DNA of 64,000 nucleotides from a virus. Lineage: Duplodnaviria > Heunggongvirae > Uroviricota > Caudoviricetes. Under the pieces are notes generated by a model. It ran no database searches and was not told the origin of the DNA. It saw nothing but the letters and a program-made list of their open reading frames with translations. Location of the stretch: IMG/VR virus record IMGVR_UViG_3300021387_000529, positions 218,811 through 282,810 of that record; one strand, written 5' to 3'. Positions within the stretch are counted from its first letter, which is position 1, and every line of letters begins with the position of its first letter. Shown here in pieces: positions 18,019 to 27,213 of this stretch. The position numbers and the translations under genes are program-made.

Positions 18019-18693
18019 GCACTCTTTCAACACTAATGTATTTTGTGTTGTTATGTCATAATAATAAAAAACAGTTAAATTCTCTTTAGTCTTCTCTTCA
18101 AAATAGACTCTATCAAGTTTATTTTTTTCTAAAGAGAATTTCAAAATTTCTCTTCCTTCTTTTAAAATATCTTTTAAAAATTCATGATTACTACTTACAC
18201 CATGCTCATAAAAATAAAGGTCTGTTATTTGGTTTTTTAGATTAAACGAACAATAATTCAAATAAAATATTTTTCCGTTCAAACCAAAGACAAGCTCATT
18301 TTTAATGTTGCTACTTAATATTTCAACCAGTTCTTTTAATGAACTAATGTAAAAATTCTTTATTTTATATATTTGTCTTCTGTTAAAGAAATCTTCACTG
18401 ATAGACGGATTTATGATTTCATAATATTCTTTTAATTTTCCATCTTTTATTTTTTCTGCTCCAAAATAACTGTCACCTCTGTCATAAAAATATGCATATT
18501 CTTTTGCATCTTCAATTGACGGAATTTTACCATTTATGTAGTCCTCATAAGGAACTTTTATCTCAATCTCAGTGATAGTCTTTTTGGTGCATTTAGACTT
18601 CGCATTTTTTAGTCCTAATTTTCTGCGAAGTCTATTTGCTTTTCTATTTGCTCTTTTAATTTCTCGTTTAATTCTTCTTGGTAAAGTTTCCAT
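17986..18693 (-). CDS. hypothetical protein with an Arg/Lys-rich N-terminus (nucleic-acid-binding-like); start uncertain (the track ORF extends to 18747)
   Basis: The internal ATG at 18693 (METLPRRIKREIKRANRK...) overlaps the SbcC stop by 26 nt. No Mre11/SbcD phosphoesterase motifs are present. Confidence 0.45.
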   Translation of the reverse strand: METLPRRIKREIKRANRKANRLRRKLGLKNAKSKCTKKTITEIEIKVPYEDYINGKIPSIEDAKEYAYFYDRGDSYFGAEKIKDGKLKEYYEIINPSISEDFFNRRQIYKIKNFYISSLKELVEILSSNIKNELVFGLNGKIFYLNYCSFNLKNQITDLYFYEHGVSSNHEFLKDILKEGREILKFSLEKNKLDRVYFEEKTKENLTVFYYYDITTQNTLVLKECLLQRLFRNKG

Positions 18694-20719
18694 TTTTTGC
18701 CTCAAAAATATAAATATCGTCATAATTCTCTTCCAAATAACTTCCAAGAGCTTTTTTATGAGATATTAAAAACAGTTGATGGAACTGATGAAGATTTAGT
18801 AAAACTGAAAAAAGTTTAATGGAGTCATTATCGCTTGAGGCTTTATCGATTTCATCTCCAACAAAAAAGTCTATTTTGTAATATTTTGCCAAAATAGTCT
18901 TAAAAGCTGTTGTCAAAACTGCACGTTCAAATCCAGATGACATTCGTGTATCAAGCCATCTATTCTTATTTTCATCAACAACCGTATTGTCTTTTGTATA
19001 CAGCAAATCACAGCCTTTTTTAGAAGTCTTTACAAGGACATCATATTTTGGGAAAATCATATGAACGAAGGCATTTAGATCATTTTTGATTGTATCACAA
19101 AAAACTTTAGTTCGATACTGTGGCAACAACTTATTCAAAACTTCCCAAGCTTCATCATAAACAGATGCCATTATATTCACTTCTGTAAGTTCAGCTTCAT
19201 TCTTTCCCAAAGCTTCATCTATGGCTTTAATTTTATTTCTCTTCTCTTCATTTTGTCTCATGATAAATTGATTTTTATCATTTGCGCGCTCATATTCTTT
19301 TATGTCAGCAAGAATTTTATTATTCTCATTGACTATGCCAGAAACATCAACTTTCTTAATAGAAGAAACTTTATCTTGAAGAGTCTTCTGCTCAACCTCT
19401 AATTTTGAAATTAAGTCTTTCAAGTCTGCAAGTCTTTTTCTGACTAAAGGCTCTTCTGCTAATGAATAACTAATGCCTTTTTTAACTTCCTCAGACTCTA
19501 CAATCATATTCTCATAATTTCTTTTCATATGAGTATATTCTGTGTGAGCTGCTGTCAATTCAGCACTTGTGCTCTGAGCGTTTGTGTTTGCTGTCCTATA
19601 ATAGTCCACCATTTTATCAGCATCTAAACATTTTTCTTTAAGTTCTGAAATCTCTTTCTCAAAATGAGCGACAACATTGTCTGTGCTTTGGCCACAAACT
19701 GGGCACTTTCCATCTCTACATTTTTCTTCTCTCTCTTCAAAAGATTTCAACTCAAATCTGAGGTTGTTTCGTGTGTCAGTCGCTTCGCTTAATTGTTTGT
19801 AAGTCTCTGCAATTGTGTCTTCAATTTTGTTTATGTCTTTGCTTCTTTCAATTGCTTCTGCATCAAGCTCAGCAATTTTTTCCTTAAATTCTTCAATTCG
19901 CTTGTCTTCATCTACAAGTTTATTTTTCAAATTGTCAATGTCACGAAGTTTATTTTCATATGGAGCTACATCGAGTTGGTTTTTATGAAGAGATAATTCG
20001 ACTTCACGGAGCTGAGACATCAATTCATCTTGTTTTTTCTGAGCTTCACTTACTTTAGAAATTTTTTCCAAGTTTTCAGATAGTCTATTATTAAATTTAA
20101 TAATCTGCTCAGCTGTAAAAGGCATTGCAATAGCTTGCTCAAAATGAGACAATTCAGACTTCAAAGCATTTTTAGACGCAGTGTCAATACGCAATTCTTC
20201 GAGCTGTTTTTTTGCCTGTTGCAATTTTTCAGTAATTATCTGCTTTTGTGAGTCATAATTAAAATTAAAAAGATTTTTAATGTATTCAAGACGCGAAGCT
20301 GATGTTTGGTCTACAATATCTTTCGCATTCTGCATTTGGAACATAATTTTTGAATAATATGAAATTCCAAGAGCAGAGAGTTTTTCAGACGCTTTTGTAT
20401 TTTTATATGTTTCGCCTTTGTAGTCTAATTCACATTCATATGGTGTGCCATTCACACGGTTCAATGTTAGGCGTATTTCTGCATCATCCTCATAAATCTT
20501 AAACTTTAAGACAATATTAGCGTTATCACACCCTTGTTTTACATATTCACCATATGTGCCAGAACGTTTTTCATCACTAAAACATATTGATATTGCTTCG
20601 AATACAGCAGATTTTCCAGAAGCTGGTTCTCCATAAAAATAATTTATATTTCCAAAATCAAATGAAGCATTTGTAATGTTCATGAAATTTTTAATTGAAA
20701 GAGACTTTATTCTTAACAT
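18668..20719 (-). CDS. SbcC/Rad50-like SMC-family ATPase (recombination nuclease subunit)
   Basis: N-terminal Walker A (YFYGEPASGKSAV), a long coiled coil with a central CPVCGQ zinc hook, a C-terminal signature (MSSGFERAV), and Walker B plus D-loop (FFVGDEIDKAS). The protein is 683 aa. Confidence 0.85.
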   Translation of the reverse strand: MLRIKSLSIKNFMNITNASFDFGNINYFYGEPASGKSAVFEAISICFSDEKRSGTYGEYVKQGCDNANIVLKFKIYEDDAEIRLTLNRVNGTPYECELDYKGETYKNTKASEKLSALGISYYSKIMFQMQNAKDIVDQTSASRLEYIKNLFNFNYDSQKQIITEKLQQAKKQLEELRIDTASKNALKSELSHFEQAIAMPFTAEQIIKFNNRLSENLEKISKVSEAQKKQDELMSQLREVELSLHKNQLDVAPYENKLRDIDNLKNKLVDEDKRIEEFKEKIAELDAEAIERSKDINKIEDTIAETYKQLSEATDTRNNLRFELKSFEEREEKCRDGKCPVCGQSTDNVVAHFEKEISELKEKCLDADKMVDYYRTANTNAQSTSAELTAAHTEYTHMKRNYENMIVESEEVKKGISYSLAEEPLVRKRLADLKDLISKLEVEQKTLQDKVSSIKKVDVSGIVNENNKILADIKEYERANDKNQFIMRQNEEKRNKIKAIDEALGKNEAELTEVNIMASVYDEAWEVLNKLLPQYRTKVFCDTIKNDLNAFVHMIFPKYDVLVKTSKKGCDLLYTKDNTVVDENKNRWLDTRMSSGFERAVLTTAFKTILAKYYKIDFFVGDEIDKASSDNDSIKLFSVLLNLHQFHQLFLISHKKALGSYLEENYDDIYIFEAKNGNFTKKN

Positions 20720-20767
20720 AGTTTTCTATACCATTTATTATATTAATAATAAGAAATTCAGTATTAA

Positions 20768-20843
20768 CTATATTATAATTTAAAATCTATAGGGAAGCAG
20801 AAAGTGCTTACCCTTTTAAAGATTATTTAAACAGGTAACTAAA
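20768..20843. repeat. conserved intergenic element, copy A (76 nt): ctatattataatttaaaatcTATAGGGAAGCAg-aaag-TGCTTACCCttttaaagattatttaaacaggtaactaaa
   Basis: Identical to copy B (51403..51479) except for the hairpin loop (gaaag versus gggatt). The stem is GGGAAGCA/TGCTTACCC. It lies in the divergent gap between the SbcC start and gene 20892. Confidence 0.8.
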
Positions 20844-20891
20844 CTCACTTTGTAACTATTAATATATTACACATAAATAAGGAAGGATAAA

Positions 20892-21230
20892 ATGAAAGAA
20901 AACACAGCACATGTTGGAATTGATAGCGAAATTGACTACAAGATTGGAGACCATATTTTTACAGCAGACTTTGTAGGTGGCGGTGAAAATGAAAGTAAAT
21001 TCGATGTCAAAGAATATGAAATCAAAGATATGAAAAAAATTCTTGGAAAACCAAATTACTATGAAATTGTTGATATTCGTTTTCCAAAATCAGTTATTAA
21101 GTCCGACTTGCAGACTGGCTTCTTCAAATCAGCAAAAGAAGCTGCAAAGGCATTCTTAGACTCAATTGACTTCATTCATGATGAATGCCATAAAGTTTAC
21201 GAAAAAGAATACGGAAAGGATAATGCTTAA
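20892..21230 (+). CDS. hypothetical protein (112 aa)
   Basis: ORF with Shine-Dalgarno site aaggaaggataaaATG, directly downstream of conserved element A. Confidence 0.55.
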   Translation: MKENTAHVGIDSEIDYKIGDHIFTADFVGGGENESKFDVKEYEIKDMKKILGKPNYYEIVDIRFPKSVIKSDLQTGFFKSAKEAAKAFLDSIDFIHDECHKVYEKEYGKDNA

Positions 21231-22263
21231 ATATAATGTAGATGAGTTTTACAGCTTAGCACAAAAATCTACTAAAACTGTAAAGTCTATTGACCCTCAT
21301 AAAAGACTTGTCTATTTGAATGGCCTGATTGATATGAAATTGGGCCGTGCTTTGCAAGTTTTGGAAAATGCAAAATTCATTAAAAAGTGCTCAATTGCAT
21401 TTATTGGCACAACGCATGCTGATGGAACACGAGACTTAAATCAACATTATGGACATATCTGCATTGATGATGAGAAATACTATCGTGTGTCAACATGTCT
21501 CGATAAGCAGCATATGACTATTCAAATTCCGTCATATGAGTCACAATATTGGGATGAAAATACATATTTGTGCTTTACGACTGGTGACTTATTTCTTACA
21601 GTGAAAGCTTTGGATTTGAATGGCTGTTTGCATACTAAGACTGATATTGGAAATGATGAGTTTTATATTCTCGAGCTTTTACAGAAAAAAGTTGTGCGTC
21701 ATTTTGGTATTATTGATGATGTCAATCTCATGGAGTCTACAGTTTCTGATTGTGACTTGAAAAAAGTTAATTTATTAGATGGCTTTAATGACTTTAAGAT
21801 TAAAGGCTGTCTTTCATCACAGCATCCAAAATATGCATTAAAATACGCGCATTCAAATGATGTTGAGTATTTTGCTTCATTAGAAGGTATTCGTAAAGTC
21901 TATCCTTCTTTACGTTATTCTCGGCAGTATTTGAGCAGTATCTCGAAGAAAAATATTTCTGAAAAATTTAATGAGCCAAAAGAAATTACAATTGACGGAA
22001 TTGACTATATTTTGTACAATATTAAAGGCATCACAATTGATGACTTCATAAAAATGTTGCCTACAGAATATAAGGATGAGTCAGTTCTTTATGATGATAG
22101 CATTGAACTAACTATAAAAGAAGCTGAAGACTTTATTAAGTCTATTTCTTCAATTACAGTAAGTGAGTTTGATATTACAAATATCAAAAATCTTTTCGGA
22201 AAAGTGACGAAAGCGACGTGTAATGAAGCAGTTGAATTAGGACAAATTAGGTGTTATGGTTAA
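21223..22263 (+). CDS. hypothetical protein (346 aa; the track ORF starts at 21166)
   Basis: The in-frame ATG at 21223 has Shine-Dalgarno site gaaaggataATG. The gene is translationally coupled to the helicase gene, overlapping 22256-22263. Confidence 0.5.
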   Translation: MLKYNVDEFYSLAQKSTKTVKSIDPHKRLVYLNGLIDMKLGRALQVLENAKFIKKCSIAFIGTTHADGTRDLNQHYGHICIDDEKYYRVSTCLDKQHMTIQIPSYESQYWDENTYLCFTTGDLFLTVKALDLNGCLHTKTDIGNDEFYILELLQKKVVRHFGIIDDVNLMESTVSDCDLKKVNLLDGFNDFKIKGCLSSQHPKYALKYAHSNDVEYFASLEGIRKVYPSLRYSRQYLSSISKKNISEKFNEPKEITIDGIDYILYNIKGITIDDFIKMLPTEYKDESVLYDDSIELTIKEAEDFIKSISSITVSEFDITNIKNLFGKVTKATCNEAVELGQIRCYG

Positions 22264-24187
22264 AGTTGAGTTTGAAGATGGATTGTTATATGTGACTTGT
22301 GGCGGTGCTCGTTTTTCAGAGCAGCTTGAAACTTGCCGTGATATGAAAATGATTTATTCGCCTTCTAAAAAGGCATGGACAATATCACCAGGAAAATACG
22401 AAGAAGTCTTAGCAGAATTTCACCAGTTTGGAGTTCAGCTTTCAGAATATGACAAACTTCAAATCAACCAGTACATCGATAATATCTCAGACTTTCATAA
22501 AATTATGAAACGTTCTGAGCGTCGTCATTATGATGATGATGTTCTCAATTCCCCACCAAAATATGACTTTCAAAGAGTAGATGTAAACAGAGCAATTAAC
22601 CAAACTTCAATGCTTTTCAAATGGGACACAGGAACTGGAAAGTCATGGGCTCTTGCAGCGACATTAGAAGAATTACGTAAAATTGGAGAAGTTCACAAAG
22701 CAATTATCCTAACTTCATCAATTGGTATTATGAACTTGAATGGTGAGCTTAAGAAGTTCATTAAAAATTATGACGAGTCACGAACATTAGTCGTTGCATC
22801 TGTAACAGACTTGAAAAAAGACAGAGCAATTTTCAGCAATGATGACTATGACATTATTATTATGGGTTATGACTCATTCCGTTCGATAAATGATTATTAT
22901 GACAAAATTGTAAATAAACGTGAAAAGAAAGTTGTAACCGATGAAAATGGAAAAAAGCATACTAAAAAAGTTCGCTATAGAAAGTCTTCATTACCACTGA
23001 AAGAATGGTACGGTGATAAAGAAGGAATAGTCTTTTTAGATGAATGCCATCTTTCTGGAAAGCATGGTTCACAGCGTGGTGATGCTCTTATAATGAATTT
23101 GAAGTTTTGGAAATATCGTTATCTATTTTCAGCAACTCCAAATGATGTAGAAGAAAACTTTTATCCAACATTACGTATTCTTGATAATGCTCTTGTAAAA
23201 GGCCTTTCATACCAAGATTGGTTGCAATTATATTGTGAGCTTGGAACTCGATTTTCAAGATATGCTCCAAATAAGTCTACTTGGAACTGGGGAAAATGGG
23301 CAGCATTACAGCATGCATTAGGCGAAACATATGTTTCAACTCGTGAGAAAAGCTTATTAGGACTTCCACCTGCAATTGATATGGACCTCATAATGGTTGA
23401 AATGTCACCACAGCAAAGAAGAATTTATGAGATTTTCTCAAATATTACGCTTGAAATTATTAAGAAAAGAAACCAAGAGAAAAACACTGGCGTTGTAAAT
23501 GAACTTTTAAATACATTCCAAGTTTTACAAATGGCAGTCGATAATCCAGAGTCTATTATTGGCTCAAAAGTTATGGACACAATCTCTGCTTTGAATATTG
23601 ACACAAAGATGAAAATAGACTTTGTAAATGCATTAAATGATTTTGATTATTTGAAGCACTTTAATAAAATCAAAGCATTGGAAAATATTCTCGAATATGA
23701 ATGTGAAGAAATGGGCAATAAAGTTATAGTTTTCTATTATCACCCATTGACAATGGAAAAACTTAAAAAAATTTACCCAAATGCATTCATCCTGTCTTCT
23801 GATATTGAAGAGTCTGAGCGCTTTAAGATTGTTGAAGACTTCAAAAAGTCTAGTGAGAAAGTTTTAATTGCGTCTATTATGATCGCAAATACTTCATTCA
23901 CATTGACTGAATGTAAAGCAGCAATTTTTTATGAGCGTTATTGGTCTGGAATTATATATGAACAAGCTCGTGGACGTATTCATAGAATTGGACAAACAGA
24001 AGAAACACGTTACTATAATATGTGCTATGAAAACTGTATAGATAATTTGCAGCTTGAAGCATTGAAAACGAAAGGCCAATGTATTCAGAATATCGGTAAA
24101 ATGTCAACACTTACAAAAGATGAATGGCGCTTAATTTTTGGTGGAACAGCTGAAGAATTGAATGGATTCTTAAAAAAGATTGCATAA
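22256..24187 (+). CDS. SNF2-family DNA-dependent ATPase/helicase
   Basis: Motif I KWDTGTGKSW, motif II FLDECH, and motif VI QARGRIHRIGQ (a canonical SNF2 signature). The protein is 643 aa. Confidence 0.8.
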   Translation: MVKVEFEDGLLYVTCGGARFSEQLETCRDMKMIYSPSKKAWTISPGKYEEVLAEFHQFGVQLSEYDKLQINQYIDNISDFHKIMKRSERRHYDDDVLNSPPKYDFQRVDVNRAINQTSMLFKWDTGTGKSWALAATLEELRKIGEVHKAIILTSSIGIMNLNGELKKFIKNYDESRTLVVASVTDLKKDRAIFSNDDYDIIIMGYDSFRSINDYYDKIVNKREKKVVTDENGKKHTKKVRYRKSSLPLKEWYGDKEGIVFLDECHLSGKHGSQRGDALIMNLKFWKYRYLFSATPNDVEENFYPTLRILDNALVKGLSYQDWLQLYCELGTRFSRYAPNKSTWNWGKWAALQHALGETYVSTREKSLLGLPPAIDMDLIMVEMSPQQRRIYEIFSNITLEIIKKRNQEKNTGVVNELLNTFQVLQMAVDNPESIIGSKVMDTISALNIDTKMKIDFVNALNDFDYLKHFNKIKALENILEYECEEMGNKVIVFYYHPLTMEKLKKIYPNAFILSSDIEESERFKIVEDFKKSSEKVLIASIMIANTSFTLTECKAAIFYERYWSGIIYEQARGRIHRIGQTEETRYYNMCYENCIDNLQLEALKTKGQCIQNIGKMSTLTKDEWRLIFGGTAEELNGFLKKIA

Positions 24188-24189
24188 AA

Positions 24190-24222
24190 ATAAAAGCCGC
24201 TCTTTTGAGCGGCTTTTTATTA
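24190..24222. terminator. bidirectional rho-independent terminator between convergent genes
   Basis: aaaagccgctc-tttt-gagcggctttt hairpin flanked by A/T runs on both sides. Confidence 0.6.
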
Positions 24223-24447
24223 AACTCGTGATGGATAAACTTTTGTGTTCCAAGTTTTCATTCTGTCTGGCATTATATTTTCTTCTTTTGTGATAGCATC
24301 GTCTTTCATGTCGTATGTCATATCAGGCTTGTAAAATTTCTTAAACTTACCATCAAGCCCATACCAACCGTCATCCAAGTCAAATAATGGGCAAGGTGGA
24401 ACATTTTCACTTTCTAAGATACTTTCAAAAAGACGTGACTCAGCCAA
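24220..24447 (-). CDS. hypothetical protein (75 aa)
   Basis: Short ORF downstream of 24450..25544 on the minus strand. Confidence 0.4.
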   Translation of the reverse strand: MAESRLFESILESENVPPCPLFDLDDGWYGLDGKFKKFYKPDMTYDMKDDAITKEENIMPDRMKTWNTKVYPSRV

Positions 24448-24449
24448 TA

Positions 24450-25544
24450 TTATACCCTCTTTCTAGGACGCATATCAATTGTTCTGTTATCATGAGCATT
24501 TGTTATGACATAAACAATTCCGTATTCCCAAACTTCAAGTTTGAAAATAATCTCATCTTGGAAGCGTGTAACAGCAACTTCATATTTTGTAAGTTCTTTA
24601 GAAAGTTCATTAGCTTCTTCTTCACTTTCAGCGACTGGCCACATATTTGAGAAATAGTGTTTTTCAAGGAAGTCAATATGCTGTTTATCATATTCAGGAT
24701 GAACTTTCATCTCAACCTTACCTTCGTTGATATAGTCAACCAATGAGAAAATAATTCCAGCAGCTTCATTATAAGAATTACACTCTTTTACATAACCATT
24801 TGTATAATAGTCAACTGAACTGAAGCATGTGCCATGAATAGCTTTATATAGTTCTTTATCAAGGTCTATGCTGTATTTTTTATATTTTGCAGGAATATCA
24901 ACACGTTCTGGAGCAGCAGACTCTTGAAGCTCATCATCAATAAGATGAGACTTATTGTTAAGATTTCCCCAATACATAGAAACATCTTGATAAACTTTCA
25001 AGTCAAAATTACTTACGTCAAGTTTATTAGTTTTTGAAACTTTAAATGCTTTTAAGAGCTTAGTGAAAACTTCTTTTGCAGGATTGCCATCTTCTAAGTC
25101 TTTTATAACAAACTCACTTTTTTCAAATGGACGATTTACAGTACTTTTATGGTATTCTGTGAAAACTGTGCCATAGTCATCTTTTGGGTCTTTAATTTCT
25201 TTAATGATTTCACGTGATACAAATGTCTGAACATATCCTTCAATTGAGTTTATGTACATGTGGAGTGTACATGCAATTCTAAATCCATTTGGATAAGTGC
25301 TGACGTATCCTTTCGTGTAGAACTCTTCACGTTGTGCATCATCAAGATTTACGAGCTTCCATTTTCCGTCTTCTTTTACAAAAATTTGCTCTAAAAATGT
25401 GAGGTAATAATTATCTCTGTCGATTTCTGCCAAAAAAGAAAGCTCTTCAATTTGGCGTAAAACTTCATTGAAATCTCTATTAAAATTAAAGCTGAAGTCT
25501 TCTACTTCAGTATATTTTTCCAAAAGTGTGTCAAGTTTGCTCAT
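24450..25544 (-). CDS. hypothetical protein (364 aa), late class
   Basis: ORF with the box ctgcAACTAATTatttc-ATG and no Shine-Dalgarno site. Confidence 0.6.
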   Translation of the reverse strand: MSKLDTLLEKYTEVEDFSFNFNRDFNEVLRQIEELSFLAEIDRDNYYLTFLEQIFVKEDGKWKLVNLDDAQREEFYTKGYVSTYPNGFRIACTLHMYINSIEGYVQTFVSREIIKEIKDPKDDYGTVFTEYHKSTVNRPFEKSEFVIKDLEDGNPAKEVFTKLLKAFKVSKTNKLDVSNFDLKVYQDVSMYWGNLNNKSHLIDDELQESAAPERVDIPAKYKKYSIDLDKELYKAIHGTCFSSVDYYTNGYVKECNSYNEAAGIIFSLVDYINEGKVEMKVHPEYDKQHIDFLEKHYFSNMWPVAESEEEANELSKELTKYEVAVTRFQDEIIFKLEVWEYGIVYVITNAHDNRTIDMRPRKRV

Positions 25545-25558
25545 GAAATAATTAGTTG
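25545..25558 (-). promoter_or_regulatory. late-class AACTAATT box 5 nt upstream of ATG 25544
   Basis: Member of the start-proximal box family. Confidence 0.45.
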
Positions 25559-25562
25559 CAGA

Positions 25563-25763
25563 TTATTTTGAAGGTCTTTGCGAATAGAGCATCATTTGAA
25601 TTGCTCCTGATACAGACGGGTCTTCTTTTGTTGTAGTTACTTGCCCAAAATGTCGTGAAGCATTTTTACCACAAAATGGGCAAGATATTGAAAAGTCTGG
25701 TTTTGTTGTATAGTCTTTTTTAATTTCTCTATTGCATGATTTGCAAAAATATGTAACAGTCAT
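25563..25763 (-). CDS. small zinc-ribbon protein (66 aa)
   Basis: CKSC...CPFC cysteine pairs. Confidence 0.5.
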   Translation of the reverse strand: MTVTYFCKSCNREIKKDYTTKPDFSISCPFCGKNASRHFGQVTTTKEDPSVSGAIQMMLYSQRPSK

Positions 25764-25766
25764 ATA

Positions 25767-25937
25767 TTACTTAGTGTGACTTGCCCAAGGGTTGTAAGGT
25801 TTGAGACAATTCTCAGAATATTTCTTACAAGATGGGCATCTCTGACGTGCCGTAACTGCTGTTGTACTTGGAACTCTGATAGTCCACTGAAATTTACATT
25901 TTGGACATTGAAATTGAATTGACTTAATTGATGCCAT
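25767..25937 (-). CDS. small zinc-ribbon protein (56 aa), absent from the ORF track because it is under 60 aa
   Basis: Reverse-strand ORF MASIKSIQFQCPKCKFQWTIRVPSTTAVTARQRCPSCKKYSENCLKPYNPWASHTK with two CxxC pairs. It has a strong Shine-Dalgarno site AAGGAGA 9 nt upstream and sits tightly between two minus-strand genes (3-nt gap, 14-nt overlap). Confidence 0.55.
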   Translation of the reverse strand: MASIKSIQFQCPKCKFQWTIRVPSTTAVTARQRCPSCKKYSENCLKPYNPWASHTK

Positions 25938-26367
25938 TTACGTTATTCTCCTTTAAACAATGGAATAGTGTGTTTTTATAGAATGGTCCGAAACTTTCTG
26001 TCAAAATGACATCAGTGCCAAGTTCGTCATCAGACAAAACTTTAGCATAAGGACACTCTAAAGCTTCGATTGGTGTTGATTGCGGAATAACTGGAACTTT
26101 TGGCCCAGTTGAAGGCATCTCTGAAGGCGTAATATTAGCATAATCAGCTGGTGTGTCACCTTGAACAATTTTTGTAGCTGGGTCAACACGCTGATATGTA
26201 ACTGTATTATCATCAAACTCTTTTTTTGCTTCTTGAGTGAAACCAGTTGTTTCACCATTGATTGCTTTAGGCGAGATAAAATATTCTACTGTTGTACCTT
26301 TTGGAGGAATAAAAGAAATTGCCTTCAAAAAGTCTTCTAGTCCAAGTTCATTCGTTGTTAAAAACAT
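25924..26367 (-). CDS. hypothetical protein (147 aa), late class
   Basis: ORF with AACTAAAT 4 nt upstream of the ATG and no Shine-Dalgarno site. Confidence 0.55.
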   Translation of the reverse strand: MFLTTNELGLEDFLKAISFIPPKGTTVEYFISPKAINGETTGFTQEAKKEFDDNTVTYQRVDPATKIVQGDTPADYANITPSEMPSTGPKVPVIPQSTPIEALECPYAKVLSDDELGTDVILTESFGPFYKNTLFHCLKENNVNGIN

Positions 26368-26373
26368 AATTAT

Positions 26374-27138
26374 TTAGTTGGATGCACGTTTAAGTCTATC
26401 CAAAAGCTCAAGTTCGATGAGATTAACCATATCAATTTCTTTTTTATTAGAGCAACACATTTTAATAAATTGACTTTTGATGTGTCTGTTCTTTGGCTTT
26501 TTGAAAATCAAATTGATGTAAAAGCGACACTTCATTTTGATAATGTCACCACCACAAACTTGTTCAAGTTCTTCATCCAATTCATGCAAAACTTCTTCAA
26601 CAATGTCTTCAAATGTGTTTTTGAACATATCTTCAAAATGGTCATAGTCTTGCGAAAGAATAGGCTTAATGTCTGCTTTGTCAGCAATGCTCAATAAGTC
26701 CAATTCAGATGAGTCTGTATCAAGAATTAAAGAAAGAGTTTTGTCTTCTTCTTTTTCACCATAAACAGCTTCAAGAACTTTGTAGTTAATCATTTTACCG
26801 AATGACGTTCCACATTTAAAATTACGACGATACAAATATTGTGACATAAAACGAAGTGATGAGTCACTTGTGTAGTCATCAATAATGTCTGGAGACAAAA
26901 ACTTTTTATGCTTCAATTTCTGCAAAACCATTGAACGAGCATATGTCTGAACAAAACCATACATCTTTGTCCAAATGTTTATTTTCTGTTTATCGTCTTT
27001 TTCTTTGTACCATGCTTCTTGAAGTTTGTAAAGTGTCTGTTCAATTTCAGGTTTATCTTCTAATGAGCCTTCCCACTCGACTTCAGTTGCGTCATCAACT
27101 TCAGGGCGGTCGTCTTCTTCGTAATCAATCAAATCCAT
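26374..27138 (-). CDS. hypothetical protein with an acidic N-terminus (254 aa)
   Basis: ORF. A weak resemblance to a transcription-factor or sigma-like helix-turn-helix at the C-terminus is not supportable from sequence alone. Confidence 0.5.
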   Translation of the reverse strand: MDLIDYEEDDRPEVDDATEVEWEGSLEDKPEIEQTLYKLQEAWYKEKDDKQKINIWTKMYGFVQTYARSMVLQKLKHKKFLSPDIIDDYTSDSSLRFMSQYLYRRNFKCGTSFGKMINYKVLEAVYGEKEEDKTLSLILDTDSSELDLLSIADKADIKPILSQDYDHFEDMFKNTFEDIVEEVLHELDEELEQVCGGDIIKMKCRFYINLIFKKPKNRHIKSQFIKMCCSNKKEIDMVNLIELELLDRLKRASN

Positions 27139-27157
27139 ATATAATATATTAATATAA

Positions 27158-27200
27158 ATTTTTTGAATTTAATTAATCTTTTTCATATATTATATTTGTA
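27158..27200 (+). promoter_or_regulatory. early-class promoter copy (TTGAAT 27163-27168, 17 bp spacer, TATATT 27186-27191)
   Basis: ttttgaatttaattaatctttttcatatattatatttgtaa. The leader is only about 12 nt before ATG 27214. Confidence 0.6.
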
Positions 27201-27213
27201 AGAGGAGACCACA

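Noticed and set aside
20768-20843. Interpreting the CTATAGGGAAG core as a definite T7-type promoter.
   Set aside because: Only the -4 to +6 core matches; the upstream -17 to -5 specificity region does not. No single-subunit RNA polymerase gene is visible in this window. It is kept as a hypothesis only.
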